Of a DNA stretch of 64,000 nt, positions 62,071-64,000 are shown piece after piece. Origin of the DNA: Centroscyllium fabricii (lineage: Eukaryota). The notes under the pieces were generated by a model. The model ran no database searches, had not been told where the DNA came from, and saw only the letters and a list, made by a program, of their open reading frames with translations. The stretch covers positions 159,030,001-159,094,000 of the forward strand of contig JBNRSN020000010.1 in assembly GCA_051313645.2 (NCBI GenBank), read 5' to 3'. How positions within the stretch are numbered: position 1 is the first letter of the stretch; each line of letters opens with the position of its first letter. Position numbers and translations under genes: made by a program.

Positions 62071-63397
62071 ATTCAATTCAATTCAATTCAAGTTTTATTG
62101 TCATTGCAGAGTACTAGTACAATACAACGAGACGAAGACTCGCCGCTCCCGAGAGTAGTGCAAATAAATTACATGCAAATTGCATACAGTAAAGTACATT
62201 TTCAGGTGTGCAGGTACCGGAGTTTTTTTTTTAGAGTTCAGGAGGCTGACAGCCCTGGGGAAGAAGCTGTTCTTAAATCTAGTCGTGGGGGTGCGAATTG
62301 ATCTGTAGCGTCTCCCGGAGGGCAGGGGGGTGAACAGACTGTGGCTGGCATGTGTGGGGTCTTTAATAATGTTCAGAGACCTCTATAGACAGCGTTTGAG
62401 GTAGATGCTTTCAATTGACGGTAGCTGGGTACCGGTGATTCGTTGGGCAGTTTTGACTACCCGCTGCAGGGCCTTCCGGTCCGAGATGGTGCAATTTCCA
62501 TACCAGACTGTGATGCAGCTTGTCAGTATGCTTTCGAATGCGCAGCGGTAGAAGTTGGAGAGGATACCGGATGACAGCCTGGCTTTTTTCAGCTTCCTTA
62601 GGAAGTACAGGCGCTGTTGGGCCTTCTTAACCAGAGAGGAGGTGTTTAGTGACCAGGAGAGGTCTTCCGAGATGTGGACCCCGAGGAACTTGAAGCTGGA
62701 CACCCTTTCCACCTCAGCCCCTTGGATGAAGATGGGGGTGTGTCTTCTGCTTTCAGTCCTCCAGAAGTTCACCATGATCACCTTAGTTTTCTTGGTGTTC
62801 AGTGCCAGGTTGTTCTCGGCACACCATCCCACAAGGCGCTGGATCTCATCCCTGTAGGCTGACTCATTGTTGTTGGTGATCTGGCCAACCAACGTGGTGT
62901 CGTCCGCAAACTTGATGATCATGTTGGAGCCATGGACAGCCGCACAGTCGTGAGTGAAGAGGGAGTAGAGGAGGGGGCTTAGCACACAGCCTTGTGGGGC
63001 CCCCATGTTCAGGGTAAGGGGGGGGGAGGTGAGGTTGCCTAACTTCACAGACTGTGGTCTGTTGGTTAGGAAGTCCAGGGTCCAGTTGCAGAGGGAGGTG
63101 TTCAGGCCGAGGGTGAGGAGTTTGGTAGACAATTTGCTGGGGACGATGGTGTTGAATGCTGAGCTGTAGTCAATAAACAGCATTTTGATATACGTATCTT
63201 TGCTATCCAGGTGGTTTAGTGCAGAGTGAAGAGCCATAGTGATAGCATCTTCCGTAGATCTGTTTCCTCGGTAGGCGAACTGGTGTTGGTCCAGGGCGGC
63301 GGGTATGCTGGCTTTGATGTGGGCCAGGACCAGCCGCTTGAAACACTTCATGATTATGGGTGTAAGTACGACAGGGCGGTAGTCGTTCAGGCACGTC
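62071..63397 (-). mobile_element. 5'-truncated Rex1/Babar LINE inserted in the Gypsy integrase
   Basis: 322-aa RT ORF 62383-63351, near-identical to 6442-7633; TTGAA tail. Confidence 0.93.
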
Positions 63398-63835
63398 TAA
63401 TAAAATAATAAAAATGTCCTCCACCACAACGGAGAAGACAGTCACGGTTCTCCGGACTATGTTCGCCAGGAATGGTGTACCGAAACAAATCTCTTCTGAT
63501 AACAGACCTCAATTTGTGTCTGAGGAATTTCAAGCGTTCTTTAAAAGAAATGGAATTATAGATCGGCGCCGTATCACCCGGCCACTATTGGATTGGCCGA
63601 AAGGTTCGTCCAGACGTTCAAAAAGGTCATCAAGGCCATGGGGGGAGGAAAGTTGGAGTTACAACACAAAATAGATCATTTTCTATTTGCATACCGTAAT
63701 GTTGCCCATGCAATAACTAATCAAGTGCCTGCAGTCTTGTTTTTTAATAGGAGATTATGCAACAGATTGGATCTGTTACAACCCAACATCAGACGTGATG
63801 TGGAAAAGAGAATATTCCAAAAAGCTTCTGACAGG

Positions 63836-64000
63836 GAAACATAGAAACATAGAAACATAGAAACTAGGAGCAGGAGTAGGCCATTCGGCCCTTCGAGCCT
63901 GCTCCGCCATTCAATGAGATCATGGCTGATCATCCAAACCCAGTATCCCGCCCCTGCCCTCTCCCCATATCCCTATCGAGCCTGCATCAACACATATCCC
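63836..64000 (-). mobile_element. 3' end of an HE1-like SINE, cut by the window edge
   Basis: Closely matches 31660-31828, including the SINE-specific CCCTATCGAGCCTGCA segment. Confidence 0.8.

Larger units (their letters stand above)
56720..63835 (+). mobile_element. Decayed Mag-like Gypsy: 5' LTR ~56720-56938, PBS TGGCGACGAGG 56940-56950, gag from ~57666, pol to ~63835; interrupted three times
   Basis: EDWEAYLERF and LRDRFVC, double CCHC, mutated protease (DMG), RICGDFK, YLDD, CDAS RNase H, HEGHLG...KMK and SDN.PQF integrase. Many stops and deletions. Confidence 0.88.

Overview
Eukaryotic, repeat-saturated genomic DNA, most likely from a cartilaginous fish (inferred from HE1/V-SINE-like and SacSINE1/DeuSINE-like SINEs plus CR1, Rex1/Babar and Penelope elements). 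I cannot identify a host gene; there are only two weak exon candidates. All long ORFs belong to transposons. Contents: a young sushi-type chromoviral Gypsy (821-6441); two full copies and one partial relative of another Gypsy family, called family F here (18209-23018, 46266-55699, 1-807); a CsRn1-type Gypsy nested in one of them (48851-53285); a decayed Mag-like Gypsy (from ~56720); five solo LTRs with target-site duplications (TSDs); many CR1 and Rex1/Babar LINEs; Penelope remnants; SINEs; and Tigger-, hAT- and Harbinger-like MITEs, nested up to three deep. The most interesting signals are RNA-structural. (1) Family F has no tRNA primer-binding site (PBS); that position is instead complementary to the LTR's own poly(A)-signal region, and the pairing is retained in a diverged relative. 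(2) The sushi element has a Tf1-type self-priming duplex and a frameshift pseudoknot. (3) Non-coding Penelope-derived insertions carry minimal hammerhead-ribozyme motifs in tandem and inverted arrangement. All calls were made by eye without database searches, and coordinates of decayed elements are approximate.
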